Source of the DNA: Marine Group II euryarchaeote MED-G34
Lineage (GTDB): Archaea; Thermoplasmatota; Poseidoniia; Poseidoniales; Thalassarchaeaceae
Direction of reading: 5' to 3'
Length of the DNA: 61,270 bases
Assembly: GCA_002457605.1 (NCBI GenBank)
Contig: NTJT01000004.1
Location: forward strand, 1-61,270
Positions 15,251 through 23,581 of the stretch are shown piece by piece. Numbering within the stretch: position 1 is the first letter of the stretch; every line of letters starts with the position of its first letter. The notes below the pieces were generated by a model. The model was given only the letters and a program-made list of their open reading frames with translations. It had not been told where the DNA came from and searched no databases. Position numbers and translations under genes: made by a program.

Positions 15251-16438
15251 TTGTCACGCCCGGACCTACCTTGGGGGAGAGGCTTGGAAGAAGGGTTCAC
15301 CGCGCACCAACTCTCACCTTCCTCATGGAATCGCTACGAGGATTGTCCTCGGAAGTACTGGCTCTCCCGACAAAGACTTCCTCGCAAGGCCAGTATGCCT
15401 GCTGCCATGGGTACAGCAGTACACAACTCTGTTGAGGACCTGTGCAATCTCGACCTTTCTGACAGGGAGGACTCCGAGGACGGTTGGCTCCCTCCGACAT
15501 CGAAAGCCGTACTCGACCGCCATTGGGCACTCGAACGTGACATCTTCCTTGCAACTCCGCGCCACCCTCGATGGAAGGACGAGATGATTACCAAAGCGCA
15601 CGACGGCCTGGTCGGAGCACTAAACATCCTATTCTCTAAGTCTAACATGGACAAGGTAGGACTCTCTGAAGTTACTGTTGGCCAGTGGAAACAGGTCCAG
15701 GACATTGTGCTGTCCAATGAGGGGACCCTAGTGTCTGAATGCGGCCGCCTGATGGGGCGCCTCGATCTGCTAGTAGCCGATCTTGACGAGAACGGTAAAT
15801 CGAGGGGTTGGATAGTCGCCGATCTCAAGACCGGAAATCCTCCCAAGCAAAAACTCAACGAGAAGGTCAGTCGTCAACTCAGGTTTTATCGAGATCTATT
15901 GAAGGAAATAAATCCTGATCATCCCCCTGTCTACGCCGAGGGCTGGTACTCATCGAACCAGACCGTGCACCGGGCTGACGGACCCTCGGTCCTCGACGAT
16001 GCTTTTGCAGCCTGGGAGGGCATGAGGTTCACAGAGGAGCCCTTGGAAGGCACCCCCGGAGAGATGCAGTGCGGGTTTTGCGAGTGGAAGGCCTGGTGCC
16101 CGGTGTGGTGGAATGCGAGGAGGGATGGCATCCTCCCTCCTGGCAGTATGTTCCGCGACGAAGTGGTCAGCACTGTCAGGTTCGACCCCGAATCAGGCGC
16201 CGCACTGTTCGAGCGAATGCCTCCAATCGGAGTTGATGGCGAGCTGGCGCACTCAGACCACCGCTTCGGAGCCATTCTGCGTGACCAAGCACTCGACCAG
16301 ATGCGCGAACTGATGGATTCGGGCTATGATGGGGCGATATATCTTGGCAGCGTCAGGGTGGACGGCCAGATAGTCCACCTCGGAGACTGGTGTGAGGTAC
16401 TCCCGTGGACACCACTACTCAAGTCAATTAGAAAATGA
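15251..16438 (+). CDS. Cas4/AddB-family PD-(D/E)XK nuclease with a 4-Cys Fe-S motif and a roughly 110-aa C-terminal extension
   Basis: The first Cys is in WNRYEDCPRKYW. The nuclease core is GRLDLLVADL...IVADLKTG...SRQLRFYRDLL. The C-x2-C-x5-C triad is CGFCEWKAWC (16070-16099). No in-frame ATG precedes the conserved N-terminus, so the apparent start is TTG at 15251. Confidence 0.75.
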   Translation: MSRPDLPWGRGLEEGFTAHQLSPSSWNRYEDCPRKYWLSRQRLPRKASMPAAMGTAVHNSVEDLCNLDLSDREDSEDGWLPPTSKAVLDRHWALERDIFLATPRHPRWKDEMITKAHDGLVGALNILFSKSNMDKVGLSEVTVGQWKQVQDIVLSNEGTLVSECGRLMGRLDLLVADLDENGKSRGWIVADLKTGNPPKQKLNEKVSRQLRFYRDLLKEINPDHPPVYAEGWYSSNQTVHRADGPSVLDDAFAAWEGMRFTEEPLEGTPGEMQCGFCEWKAWCPVWWNARRDGILPPGSMFRDEVVSTVRFDPESGAALFERMPPIGVDGELAHSDHRFGAILRDQALDQMRELMDSGYDGAIYLGSVRVDGQIVHLGDWCEVLPWTPLLKSIRK

Positions 16439-17002
16439 GTCGAGCAAGTCGTCGACCGAACCCTGGAACTTGTTGGGGTGGGCCTGCATTATCCTCCACA
16501 GTAGCAACAACGTTGCACCTGCATCTACATCGGCCTGATGACTCCTCTCCATAGCAATCCCGAACCTGTGACAGAGGTGTCCTAACGTGTGCCGCCCTGG
16601 TATCCCAAGCCTCCTTGCTAGGACTAGAGTGTCGATGATGGCCCGAGGTCGCGGAGTTTCGACGCCGGCGCGCATGCACTCCATCTCGAGGAAGCGCCAG
16701 TCAAACTGCAACACATTGTGCCCTACGATAATCGAGTCCTCCACTATTGAAGAAATCCCTGCGATGTGCTGGGCAAAGTCGCTTGCCTCCCTGACATCAT
16801 CATCGGTTATGCCGTGCACTTTGGTGGTCTCAGCAGGAATCTTCACTCTTGGATTGACTAGTGACTGCAGGTTGATGTGACTACCATCTGCATCGCTGCC
16901 AATAAACGCGAATTGCACAATTCTGTCAGACCTGTGGCTGAAGCCGGTGGTCTCGAGATCGAAACCAAGCACTCTGTAGCCAGTGAGCATTGCACCAGAC
17001 AC
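16424..17002 (-). CDS. DEDDh 3'-5' exonuclease (DnaQ / Pol III epsilon-like)
   Basis: ExoI is GFDLETTG, ExoII is VGHNVLQFDWRFL, and ExoIII is HQADVDAGATL. 192 aa. Confidence 0.85.
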   Translation of the reverse strand: MSGAMLTGYRVLGFDLETTGFSHRSDRIVQFAFIGSDADGSHINLQSLVNPRVKIPAETTKVHGITDDDVREASDFAQHIAGISSIVEDSIIVGHNVLQFDWRFLEMECMRAGVETPRPRAIIDTLVLARRLGIPGRHTLGHLCHRFGIAMERSHQADVDAGATLLLLWRIMQAHPNKFQGSVDDLLDSFSN

Positions 17003-17026
17003 ACCATCCGCTGAGCGGCACCGTCC

Positions 17027-18271
17027 ATGAACTCTCGTAAACCGCGCGGCAACGAGCCGGTTTCCAACAGCCCTATGAGTGGTCAGTTCGACAGTGTGCG
17101 CATGACTGGAAGCACTAGGGGAGTCTCGTCAGCAATTGTGGTGATGCTGCTAGCGACCAGTCTAGTCGGCTGCTCAGGCCTCAGTTCGACAACCCCTAAT
17201 GCCAGAATCAGTGCTGACCAGCAGGAGATTAACATTGGCGAGACCGTGAATTTCGACGCTAGGGAGTCTACTACACCAGAACCCACTTTCATCGACGAGT
17301 ACCGCTGGGACTTCGGTGATGGTGAGTCCCGCGACACCAAGCAGGGCATAGTGAGCCACACATTCGAATTAGCTGGAAATCACGAGGTCGAGGTCACTGT
17401 GCTCAATGACAACGGTGAGGTCGATAGGGCCTCACTGACCATCTTTGTGAACTCCCCTCCTACCATCGAAATCGAGATGCCCACTTACGTTAGAGCTGGC
17501 GAGACGGCTAGGCTCGACGCAAGCGGCTCGACCGATCCCGAGGGAGCTGCTGTCGAATTCATGTGGGACTTTGACCTAGGCACGGACTCTGACGGAGACG
17601 GCGAGAAGACCAACGATGCCGACTCTTCCTCACCCTACGTCGACCTCACCATCGACATCTCGGGAAATCGCACTGGCTCGGTCTCGGTAATCGACGACAA
17701 GGGGGCCATGAGAACAGAGATTTGGAGCCTGATGGTCATTTCACGCACCTTCAACGTGGTCTGGGAGGAGCAGCACGTAGAGGTTGATTGGTCGGGATAC
17801 CTAGAGCAGGGCCAGAGCTACGAGATTAGCCACGAACCGGGAGCAGGAGCGAGGATTATACAGGTTAACGCAACTCTAACTCTCGCAAGAGACCTACTAC
17901 CAATAATGTGGCCCGAGGATAATTTCACATTGTCACTCAGCGTCCCCGCCTCTGGTTGGAGCACCTTCGTCTCAACTCATCATGACAACTTCACCGAGAA
18001 CGCCAGTGGTAGTTTAGATCGAGGTGAAATGAACTCACGTCCAGAGAGTGGCTACACCATCACCGCTGACTCCTCCGATGGACTGGTCGAGGCACTATTG
18101 AACAAACCAGGAGAACGCTTTGGTCAAGGTACCTGGTACTGGACCATCACTGCTGATCAATGCGACCCTGACCTGCCGGTGGACGACGTAGACCCCGATC
18201 AGGGCAACGACTGGGAGTTAGTGGTCGAGTTTGTCATACTAGTGCCTCGAGTTAGCGAGATTGGCATATGA
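17027..18271 (+). CDS. Secreted putative lipoprotein with two PKD domains and an uncharacterised C-terminal domain
   Basis: The signal peptide is AIVVMLLATSLVGCSG (lipobox-like LVGC). PKD signatures are VNFDARESTT...YRWDFGDG...SHTFELAGNHEVEVTVLNDNG and a second FMWDFD... unit. The start could also be the ATG at 17075 or 17102. Confidence 0.75.
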   Translation: MNSRKPRGNEPVSNSPMSGQFDSVRMTGSTRGVSSAIVVMLLATSLVGCSGLSSTTPNARISADQQEINIGETVNFDARESTTPEPTFIDEYRWDFGDGESRDTKQGIVSHTFELAGNHEVEVTVLNDNGEVDRASLTIFVNSPPTIEIEMPTYVRAGETARLDASGSTDPEGAAVEFMWDFDLGTDSDGDGEKTNDADSSSPYVDLTIDISGNRTGSVSVIDDKGAMRTEIWSLMVISRTFNVVWEEQHVEVDWSGYLEQGQSYEISHEPGAGARIIQVNATLTLARDLLPIMWPEDNFTLSLSVPASGWSTFVSTHHDNFTENASGSLDRGEMNSRPESGYTITADSSDGLVEALLNKPGERFGQGTWYWTITADQCDPDLPVDDVDPDQGNDWELVVEFVILVPRVSEIGI

Positions 18272-18323
18272 GTCCAACATGTCTTCGTGCGAAGGGCTTT
18301 GAACTCAGCAGCGATGGCGCTTC

Positions 18324-18677
18324 ATGGTCAAGTCGATGGAGATAACCAAGGTCTCCATTCGCAACCGACTAGTCGTCGATGCAGAGGTCCGGATGAGCGA
18401 CCCGAAGGACTACGACTTCTCTCCAAGAGCTGACATCGAAGGTAGCACGCTGAGTCTGCGCAACGAGGGCGACGAGGGTGCTGTGACCTCAATCGAGTTG
18501 GACTCCGAGCAGATGAACACAGCTGAGAGAGATCGTATGCTAGAGTTGCGTGTAAAATTCGCAGTTGAAGGGATGCACGGAGTGTTGACTCACAAGACCA
18601 AGAATACCAGAATCGCACCCAACGCCAAGAAACTGGCTGAGCCACGCTGGAAGACCGTGCTTCCGCTAAGCATGTGA
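18324..18677 (+). CDS. Hypothetical protein (117 aa)
   Basis: Its composition looks protein-like, unlike the R/S/C/W-rich antisense ORF. No motif was recognised. Confidence 0.4.
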   Translation: MVKSMEITKVSIRNRLVVDAEVRMSDPKDYDFSPRADIEGSTLSLRNEGDEGAVTSIELDSEQMNTAERDRMLELRVKFAVEGMHGVLTHKTKNTRIAPNAKKLAEPRWKTVLPLSM

Positions 18678-18728
18678 TGCTTCAGATACCGTCGGGGTTA
18701 AACAGAGGCCTTCGCTCGAAATAGCGCT

Positions 18729-18805
18729 GGACCCATAGTGTAGCCTGGATATCACATGAGCTTGCGGAGCTTGTAACCCGTGTTCAAATCGCGGTGGGTC
18801 CGCCA
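18729..18805 (+). tRNA. tRNA-Arg (anticodon GCG), CCA encoded
   Basis: Acceptor GGACCCA/TGGGTCC. D arm has A14, G18G19 and A21. Anticodon stem is TGAGC/GCTTG with loop TTGCGGA. T arm is CCGTG-TTCAAAT-CGCGG, followed by discriminator G and CCA. Confidence 0.85.
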
Positions 18806-18867
18806 TCACAGAGTCAGCGTCCAGCATGCGACCGATTCAATTACTGAGGAGCCTTGGAGACGTCACT

Positions 18868-18944
18868 GGACCCATAGTGTAGCCTGGATATCACTCTAGC
18901 CTCCGGAGCTGGAAACCCGTGTTCGAATCGCGGTGGGTCCGCCA
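18868..18944 (+). tRNA. tRNA-Arg (anticodon CCG), CCA encoded
   Basis: Same acceptor, D and T arms as the tRNA at 18729, apart from one T-loop difference (TTCGAAT). Anticodon stem is CTAGC/GCTGG with loop CTCCGGA. Confidence 0.85.
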
Positions 18945-18989
18945 CTACGGTAAGGGAGCGTTCAAGCACCAGCCCCCCGAGGCTGCAAC

Positions 18990-19406
18990 ATGGCTTTCAC
19001 CTCGCAGCGTCGTGTCGACTTCCCAATGGTAGACCTAGCTCGAATCATCTATTATCCTCAGTTTTGGGACCTCGCTCACCGATTCTATGAGGAGTCCTGG
19101 GAACACTCATGTGGTATGCACTACAACGTTATCCTCCACGAGCACGGTCTTGGATTCCCCCTAGTTCATAGCGACGCTCAGTTCCTCCACCCTCTAGCCT
19201 ATGGTGACACCGTGCACTGCACCATAACAGTCCCACGTATCGGCAATACGTCTATCTCGTGGCGTTACGAGTTCCGAAATCAGGACAATGTGCTGTGCTG
19301 GACGTCTGATCAGGTCACAGTATGTGTCGATATGAACAATGTCAAGGAGAAAGTCAGAGTTCCCGATTGGATGCGAGATGGTCTTGCCAAGATGGCACCA
19401 GAATGA
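18990..19406 (+). CDS. Hotdog-fold acyl-CoA thioesterase (4-hydroxybenzoyl-CoA thioesterase / YbgC-like)
   Basis: 138 aa. RVDFPMVDLARIIYYPQFWDLAHRFYEE ... GLGFPLVHSDAQFLHPLAYGDTV resembles the 4HBT family pattern. Confidence 0.75.
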   Translation: MAFTSQRRVDFPMVDLARIIYYPQFWDLAHRFYEESWEHSCGMHYNVILHEHGLGFPLVHSDAQFLHPLAYGDTVHCTITVPRIGNTSISWRYEFRNQDNVLCWTSDQVTVCVDMNNVKEKVRVPDWMRDGLAKMAPE

Positions 19407-19793
19407 CTACTTTCTCGGCCACTTCTTTGCGAGTGCCTTACTCAACGACTCATCCATTGTCGCATCCCACCAGTTCGCATCACGCCAGACGGCGTACTTG
19501 CCACGAATCCCTCGCATGTCTGCGCCATCAAGACGAGCTCCTTGCAAGTTAGAGAGTCCCAGATGAGCCTTAATCATCCGCGCCCCTCGCAGGTCCGCGC
19601 CGTCCAGCGCGGCCATCTTCAGATTGGCCCGCTTCAGCGAGGCGTCACGCAGGTCACTACCTGACAGGTTTGCTTTCTCAAGGTCAGCCCCATCAAAGAT
19701 GGCCCGCCGCAAATCAGCACCTGAGAGATTGACCTCACGTAAATCTCGACCTACATGCGAGGTGTAAGATAGATCCTTGGCGGATTCAGTCAC
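19407..19793 (-). CDS. Pentapeptide-repeat protein
   Basis: Continuous A(D/N)LxG/A pentads: LSGADLRRAIFDGADLEKANLSGSDLRDASLKRANLKMAALDGADLRGARM... Confidence 0.85.
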   Translation of the reverse strand: MTESAKDLSYTSHVGRDLREVNLSGADLRRAIFDGADLEKANLSGSDLRDASLKRANLKMAALDGADLRGARMIKAHLGLSNLQGARLDGADMRGIRGKYAVWRDANWWDATMDESLSKALAKKWPRK

Positions 19794-19802
19794 AGACTCA
19801 AC

Positions 19803-20357
19803 TCACAGAGACATTTTCTCGAGATGGTCCAGACCGGCATCGGTTAGTACCACGAAACGATTCTTTTCTGGTTGATCTCCGGGGTACTCGAGTAGCGCTG
19901 CCCCTCCCTCCATCATCCTGTTGATGTACAGCGACATATTCCATTTGGCAACCTCATCCTCATCCCACTTCTCACTCTGAACTATCAGTCTCTTGATATC
20001 TCTAGGAGGTGTATCAGACTCTTTCTCAACAGACCTTAGGTAATGGATGGCTGCGAGTATCACGTCACTCTTCTTGTCGATACCGCAGGTGTCCATGAGG
20101 CGTCTGAAGGCAGACCCACGCTCCGGGATGCCTGATTTGAGCGCCACTTCGCGAGCCCGCTCGATGGCCTCCTGTCTGGCTAGGCGAATTCTTGAGAGAG
20201 TAGATTGCCAAGTGTCCTGCTTGGTGATATTGAGCCAAGCGTCATTGACTTCGCGGGCTGAGCCTGAGAGGTCAATCTCTTCAGATCCAACTTTGATGTA
20301 GATTCTGCCCACTCCACTGCTACTAACTCCGGCCATACAGGCCCCGCAACGCTTCAT
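19803..20357 (-). CDS. Hypothetical protein, possibly winged-helix at the C-terminus
   Basis: 184-aa ORF, 9 nt upstream of and co-directional with the pentapeptide gene. The C-terminal NRFVVLTDAGLDHLEKM looks like a wHTH wing. This is a weak call. Confidence 0.4.
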   Translation of the reverse strand: MKRCGACMAGVSSSGVGRIYIKVGSEEIDLSGSAREVNDAWLNITKQDTWQSTLSRIRLARQEAIERAREVALKSGIPERGSAFRRLMDTCGIDKKSDVILAAIHYLRSVEKESDTPPRDIKRLIVQSEKWDEDEVAKWNMSLYINRMMEGGAALLEYPGDQPEKNRFVVLTDAGLDHLEKMSL

Positions 20358-20466
20358 CGGTGTTAATTTATCGTAGCGTTCCTTAACAGTCAGAGTAGAG
20401 AATCAGGGGCATTATCGACATCTCTTCATCGTGGGATTCAATAATCCTCGATTGGGGGGGCAGTCT

Positions 20467-21243
20467 ATGGACGAGTACTCGAGCGGCGCCTATCCTCTCG
20501 TACTGCATGCTGATGCGGACCCGAACCGCTTGGGCGGTACCGCAATCTGTGGGTTCTCCACTGTCGGCTCTGTGGGAGTCATCGCTACCTCACATCTCAT
20601 CCAAACCTTAGAGCTCAGTCCGATGGGCACGGTGATGCATCCGAAATTCCCCGCTATCGCACTAATCCACGACTCGGTTCCTAAGCATCCTGTTAGAGTG
20701 TATCAAGGGGACGGAATTGGCGTGTTCACAGCAGAGATACAGTTCCCTAGCGATAACGACGTATATTTCGGTGAGACTGTCATGGAATGGTTCACCAAAG
20801 GTGGTTTTGAACGCCTGATTGTTATTGACGGTGTAGTCAGCAACGATTTGGGCATCAAAGAGGACAGTGATTTGTGGGGCGTCGCATCTACACGGATGAG
20901 TCGCGAACAACTTGACAATGCCGGCATTCAGAAAATTCAGCAAGGTATCGTGGCTGGTATCGCCGGTTATCTGATTGCAGAAGGCGAGCGCAGAGGGTTG
21001 GACGTGACGGCCTTGCTTGCTGAGTGTAACCCAATGTACCCAGACGCCAGAGCTGCATTGATTGCCGTAGAAGGCCTGAGCGAACTGATGGACCGTGAGA
21101 TTCCCGTGCAGGGGCTGCTCGACGACGCGCGAAACATCGAAGAGAGAGTCAGAGAGGCATTCGAAAGGGCTCAGGCAATGGCGCTGCCCGCGCCTGGTTC
21201 GGAAGATGACGACGACGATGACGACGTCCCAATGGTCCGCTGA
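20467..21243 (+). CDS. PAC2-family protein, second paralogue, with an acidic C-terminal tail
   Basis: TAICGFSTVGSVGVIATSHLIQTLELSPMG parallels the N-terminus of the 14419-15219 product. The tail is SEDDDDDDDVPMVR and has no HbYX motif. Start set to the ATG at 20467; a GTG at 20431 is also possible. Confidence 0.7.
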   Translation: MDEYSSGAYPLVLHADADPNRLGGTAICGFSTVGSVGVIATSHLIQTLELSPMGTVMHPKFPAIALIHDSVPKHPVRVYQGDGIGVFTAEIQFPSDNDVYFGETVMEWFTKGGFERLIVIDGVVSNDLGIKEDSDLWGVASTRMSREQLDNAGIQKIQQGIVAGIAGYLIAEGERRGLDVTALLAECNPMYPDARAALIAVEGLSELMDREIPVQGLLDDARNIEERVREAFERAQAMALPAPGSEDDDDDDDVPMVR

Positions 21244-21245
21244 CT

Positions 21246-21809
21246 CTAGTAGAACGGATTTGTACCCGCAGCGTGATCCGTGGCATCGACGACTTCTGAA
21301 ATTCCCGGCACGCTGTCCTTGATCATGACCTCGACCCCCTGTTTGAGAGTCACATCCACCATGCCGCAGCCTTGACAACCGCCTCCAAAGGCAATAATTG
21401 CCTTACCATCGTCCACCCCTATCAGGTCAACATGCCCACCATGTGAGGCGACCACCGGGTTGACCTCGCTGGCGATGATATCTGCGACCGCCTTGGAGAG
21501 CTCGTCTACCCACAGTGGGTTGGGATTATCAAAACTGAAGCCGCCACCCATCAACGTCTCCTTGTAATCTAGAGTGGTGCCCTCAAGGTACTGAGCACTT
21601 CTGGCTGCGACGAACACCATCATGCCCTCAATCTCTAATTCAAGATCGTCCTCCTTGCGGTCATCGGTGCCGATGAACTGGAGATCGTACAGGAATCCCT
21701 TGGGCCCCCTTCCAACAATCTCAACCCTGAGGATGAGTTCACTCGCCTCTTCCGCCTGATCTGCGAACTGGTCTAGCATCTCACGCGCCTTGGGACTGAT
21801 GCTCAGCAT
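21246..21809 (-). CDS. NfuA-type Fe-S cluster carrier (Cys-less A-type-like N-domain plus Nfu domain)
   Basis: The C-terminal Nfu domain is VNPVVASHGGHVDLIGVDDGKAIIAFGGGCQGCGMVDVTLKQGVE with CxxC. The N-terminal roughly 95 aa are IscA-like but contain no Cys. Confidence 0.8.
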   Translation of the reverse strand: MLSISPKAREMLDQFADQAEEASELILRVEIVGRGPKGFLYDLQFIGTDDRKEDDLELEIEGMMVFVAARSAQYLEGTTLDYKETLMGGGFSFDNPNPLWVDELSKAVADIIASEVNPVVASHGGHVDLIGVDDGKAIIAFGGGCQGCGMVDVTLKQGVEVMIKDSVPGISEVVDATDHAAGTNPFY

Positions 21810-21896
21810 GTTGTTCGATAACTGGCTGGCGCAACCCTCTATTCAACCTGTCCGAGTGCAGGCAAGCCTATTCATCGAGAAGCCCCACGCCAAAAC

Positions 21897-22907
21897 GTGA
21901 ATGATTCTGGAGTTGGCGACAGACTGGGCAGACCACTCAGAGATTTGCGGATATCGGTGACAGATAGGTGCAACTTCAGATGCAGGTACTGCATGCCAAG
22001 AGAGCGCTTCGGAGAGGATCACACATTCCTTCCTCGGAGGGCATACCTGTCCTTCGAGGAGATTGAAAAGGTGGTTCAGGCCTGCAAACCGCTTGGTCTT
22101 GAGAAGGTCAGAATCACTGGCGGCGAGCCCCTGCTCCGTCCCGATTTACAAGACTTAGTCTCGAGGTTGAAGCGTATCGGGGTCGAGACCGCACTCACCA
22201 CCAACGCATCGTTGCTCGCAGGTCAGGCCGACAGACTCGCAGCCGCGGGACTGGACAGGGTGACGGTAAGCCTCGATGCTCTGGACCCCGAGGTCCACAC
22301 TCAGATGACTGACAGCAACATCTCTGTGGAGACCGTCCTAGATGGGATTGAAGCTGCTGTGCAGGCAGGCCTCTCTCCAGTCAAAATCAACTGCGTTGTC
22401 CAAAAGGGCGTCAACGAGGGCGAGATTGCCTCGCTTGTACGCCGATTCAGAGGCACAGGTGTCACGGTGCGTTTCATTGAGTACATGGATGTGGGCAGGA
22501 CTAATGGCTGGCAATTAGGACAAGTCGTCCCATCAGCTAACATCCTTGAATATCTACAGAAGGAGTTTGATCTGATACCAGTCGAATCCCAGAGGCCCAG
22601 TGATGTTGCTAGACGCTGGGCCCATTCCGATGGCTCAGGCGAGGTTGGATTCATTTCTTCTGTGAGCGATCCATTCTGCGGAGACTGTGTTCGCGCTCGT
22701 ATATCTGCAGACGGCAGACTACACACCTGCTTGTTTGCTTCAGGTGGCCATGACCTGCGAGCTATCATCCACAACGGAGCCGACGGAAAGGCGCTCACTG
22801 ATGCTATAGCAGCAATATGGTCGAGACGTGATGATCGATACAGCGAGATACGTTCGCAGGAAACCTCTGCTCTACCTAGGGTGGAGATGTCATACATAGG
22901 TGGCTGA
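21897..22907 (+). CDS. moaA: GTP 3',8-cyclase MoaA (radical SAM, molybdenum cofactor biosynthesis)
   Basis: LRISVTDRCNFRCRYCMP is the radical-SAM cluster. The C-terminal second cluster is FCGDCVRARISADGRLHTCLF. The start codon is GTG. Confidence 0.9.
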   Translation: MNDSGVGDRLGRPLRDLRISVTDRCNFRCRYCMPRERFGEDHTFLPRRAYLSFEEIEKVVQACKPLGLEKVRITGGEPLLRPDLQDLVSRLKRIGVETALTTNASLLAGQADRLAAAGLDRVTVSLDALDPEVHTQMTDSNISVETVLDGIEAAVQAGLSPVKINCVVQKGVNEGEIASLVRRFRGTGVTVRFIEYMDVGRTNGWQLGQVVPSANILEYLQKEFDLIPVESQRPSDVARRWAHSDGSGEVGFISSVSDPFCGDCVRARISADGRLHTCLFASGGHDLRAIIHNGADGKALTDAIAAIWSRRDDRYSEIRSQETSALPRVEMSYIGG

Positions 22908-22921
22908 GCTCGGCACTCTAC

Positions 22922-23581
22922 TCAAGCCCTCCAGACAGCCCTGAACCGACTGACCTCAGGCTCGTCATCGGGCAGAGAGGAGATTTCAAGCTCGTCCATT
23001 TCCAAATCCCCTCCGATGCTTTCGATGAATAATCGGGGTAGCGGCCATGGCGGCCCCTCTTCTACCTCCAGACCCGTCTGGTAGCGCCCAATACAGACCA
23101 GACAGCCGTCTGGAGATACTAGGGGCGACAGCCGAGAGGCAGCTAGTATGCGAACAGACTCAGGTATGGCCTGTATAATGTGGACCTCGAGTACTAAATC
23201 GAACGACCCTCTCCATTCTTCTGGGAGGTTGAGAAGATCTGCAACAAGCCACTCTATCTTCGAGTTGGGATTTTGCTCCATAGCCCACTCGACAGCTGTG
23301 GCGGACAGGTCGAAAGCAGTCACATCCCATCCTTGTTGTTCTAGGAACACTGCGTCTTCTCCCAACCCGCAACCCACCACTAATGCTCTCCCCTTAGCCG
23401 ACTTTCCAACCGCCCACTCGACAACTAGTGGGTTCGGTCGGCCGTCGGACCAGGGAATCCACTCTTCGTCGCGGTTAGCGGAAGAGTACAATTCTTCGAA
23501 CCATGACAACGGATCATCTCCTTTGGAGGCGGCCTCTGACATAGCGAGCAACCGCTCCCTGATTTCATCCATTAGAGACAT
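22922..23581 (-). CDS. Class I SAM-dependent methyltransferase
   Basis: Motif I is ALVVGCGLGEDAVFLEQQGWDVTAFDLS. The start is ambiguous: ATGs at 23572, 23581, 23614 and 23731 all overlap the 3' end of trm1. Confidence 0.7.
   Translation of the reverse strand: MSLMDEIRERLLAMSEAASKGDDPLSWFEELYSSANRDEEWIPWSDGRPNPLVVEWAVGKSAKGRALVVGCGLGEDAVFLEQQGWDVTAFDLSATAVEWAMEQNPNSKIEWLVADLLNLPEEWRGSFDLVLEVHIIQAIPESVRILAASRLSPLVSPDGCLVCIGRYQTGLEVEEGPPWPLPRLFIESIGGDLEMDELEISSLPDDEPEVSRFRAVWRA

Noticed and set aside
20662-21378. 238-aa minus-strand ORF
   Set aside because: It is antisense to the second PAC2 gene and overlaps the nfuA-like gene out of frame. It is an R/H/C-rich artefact of GC-rich antisense reading.
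21810-21896. Possible Moco riboswitch upstream of moaA
   Set aside because: The spacer is only 87 nt, and I could not find the conserved Moco-motif stems or loops. Such riboswitches are bacterial.
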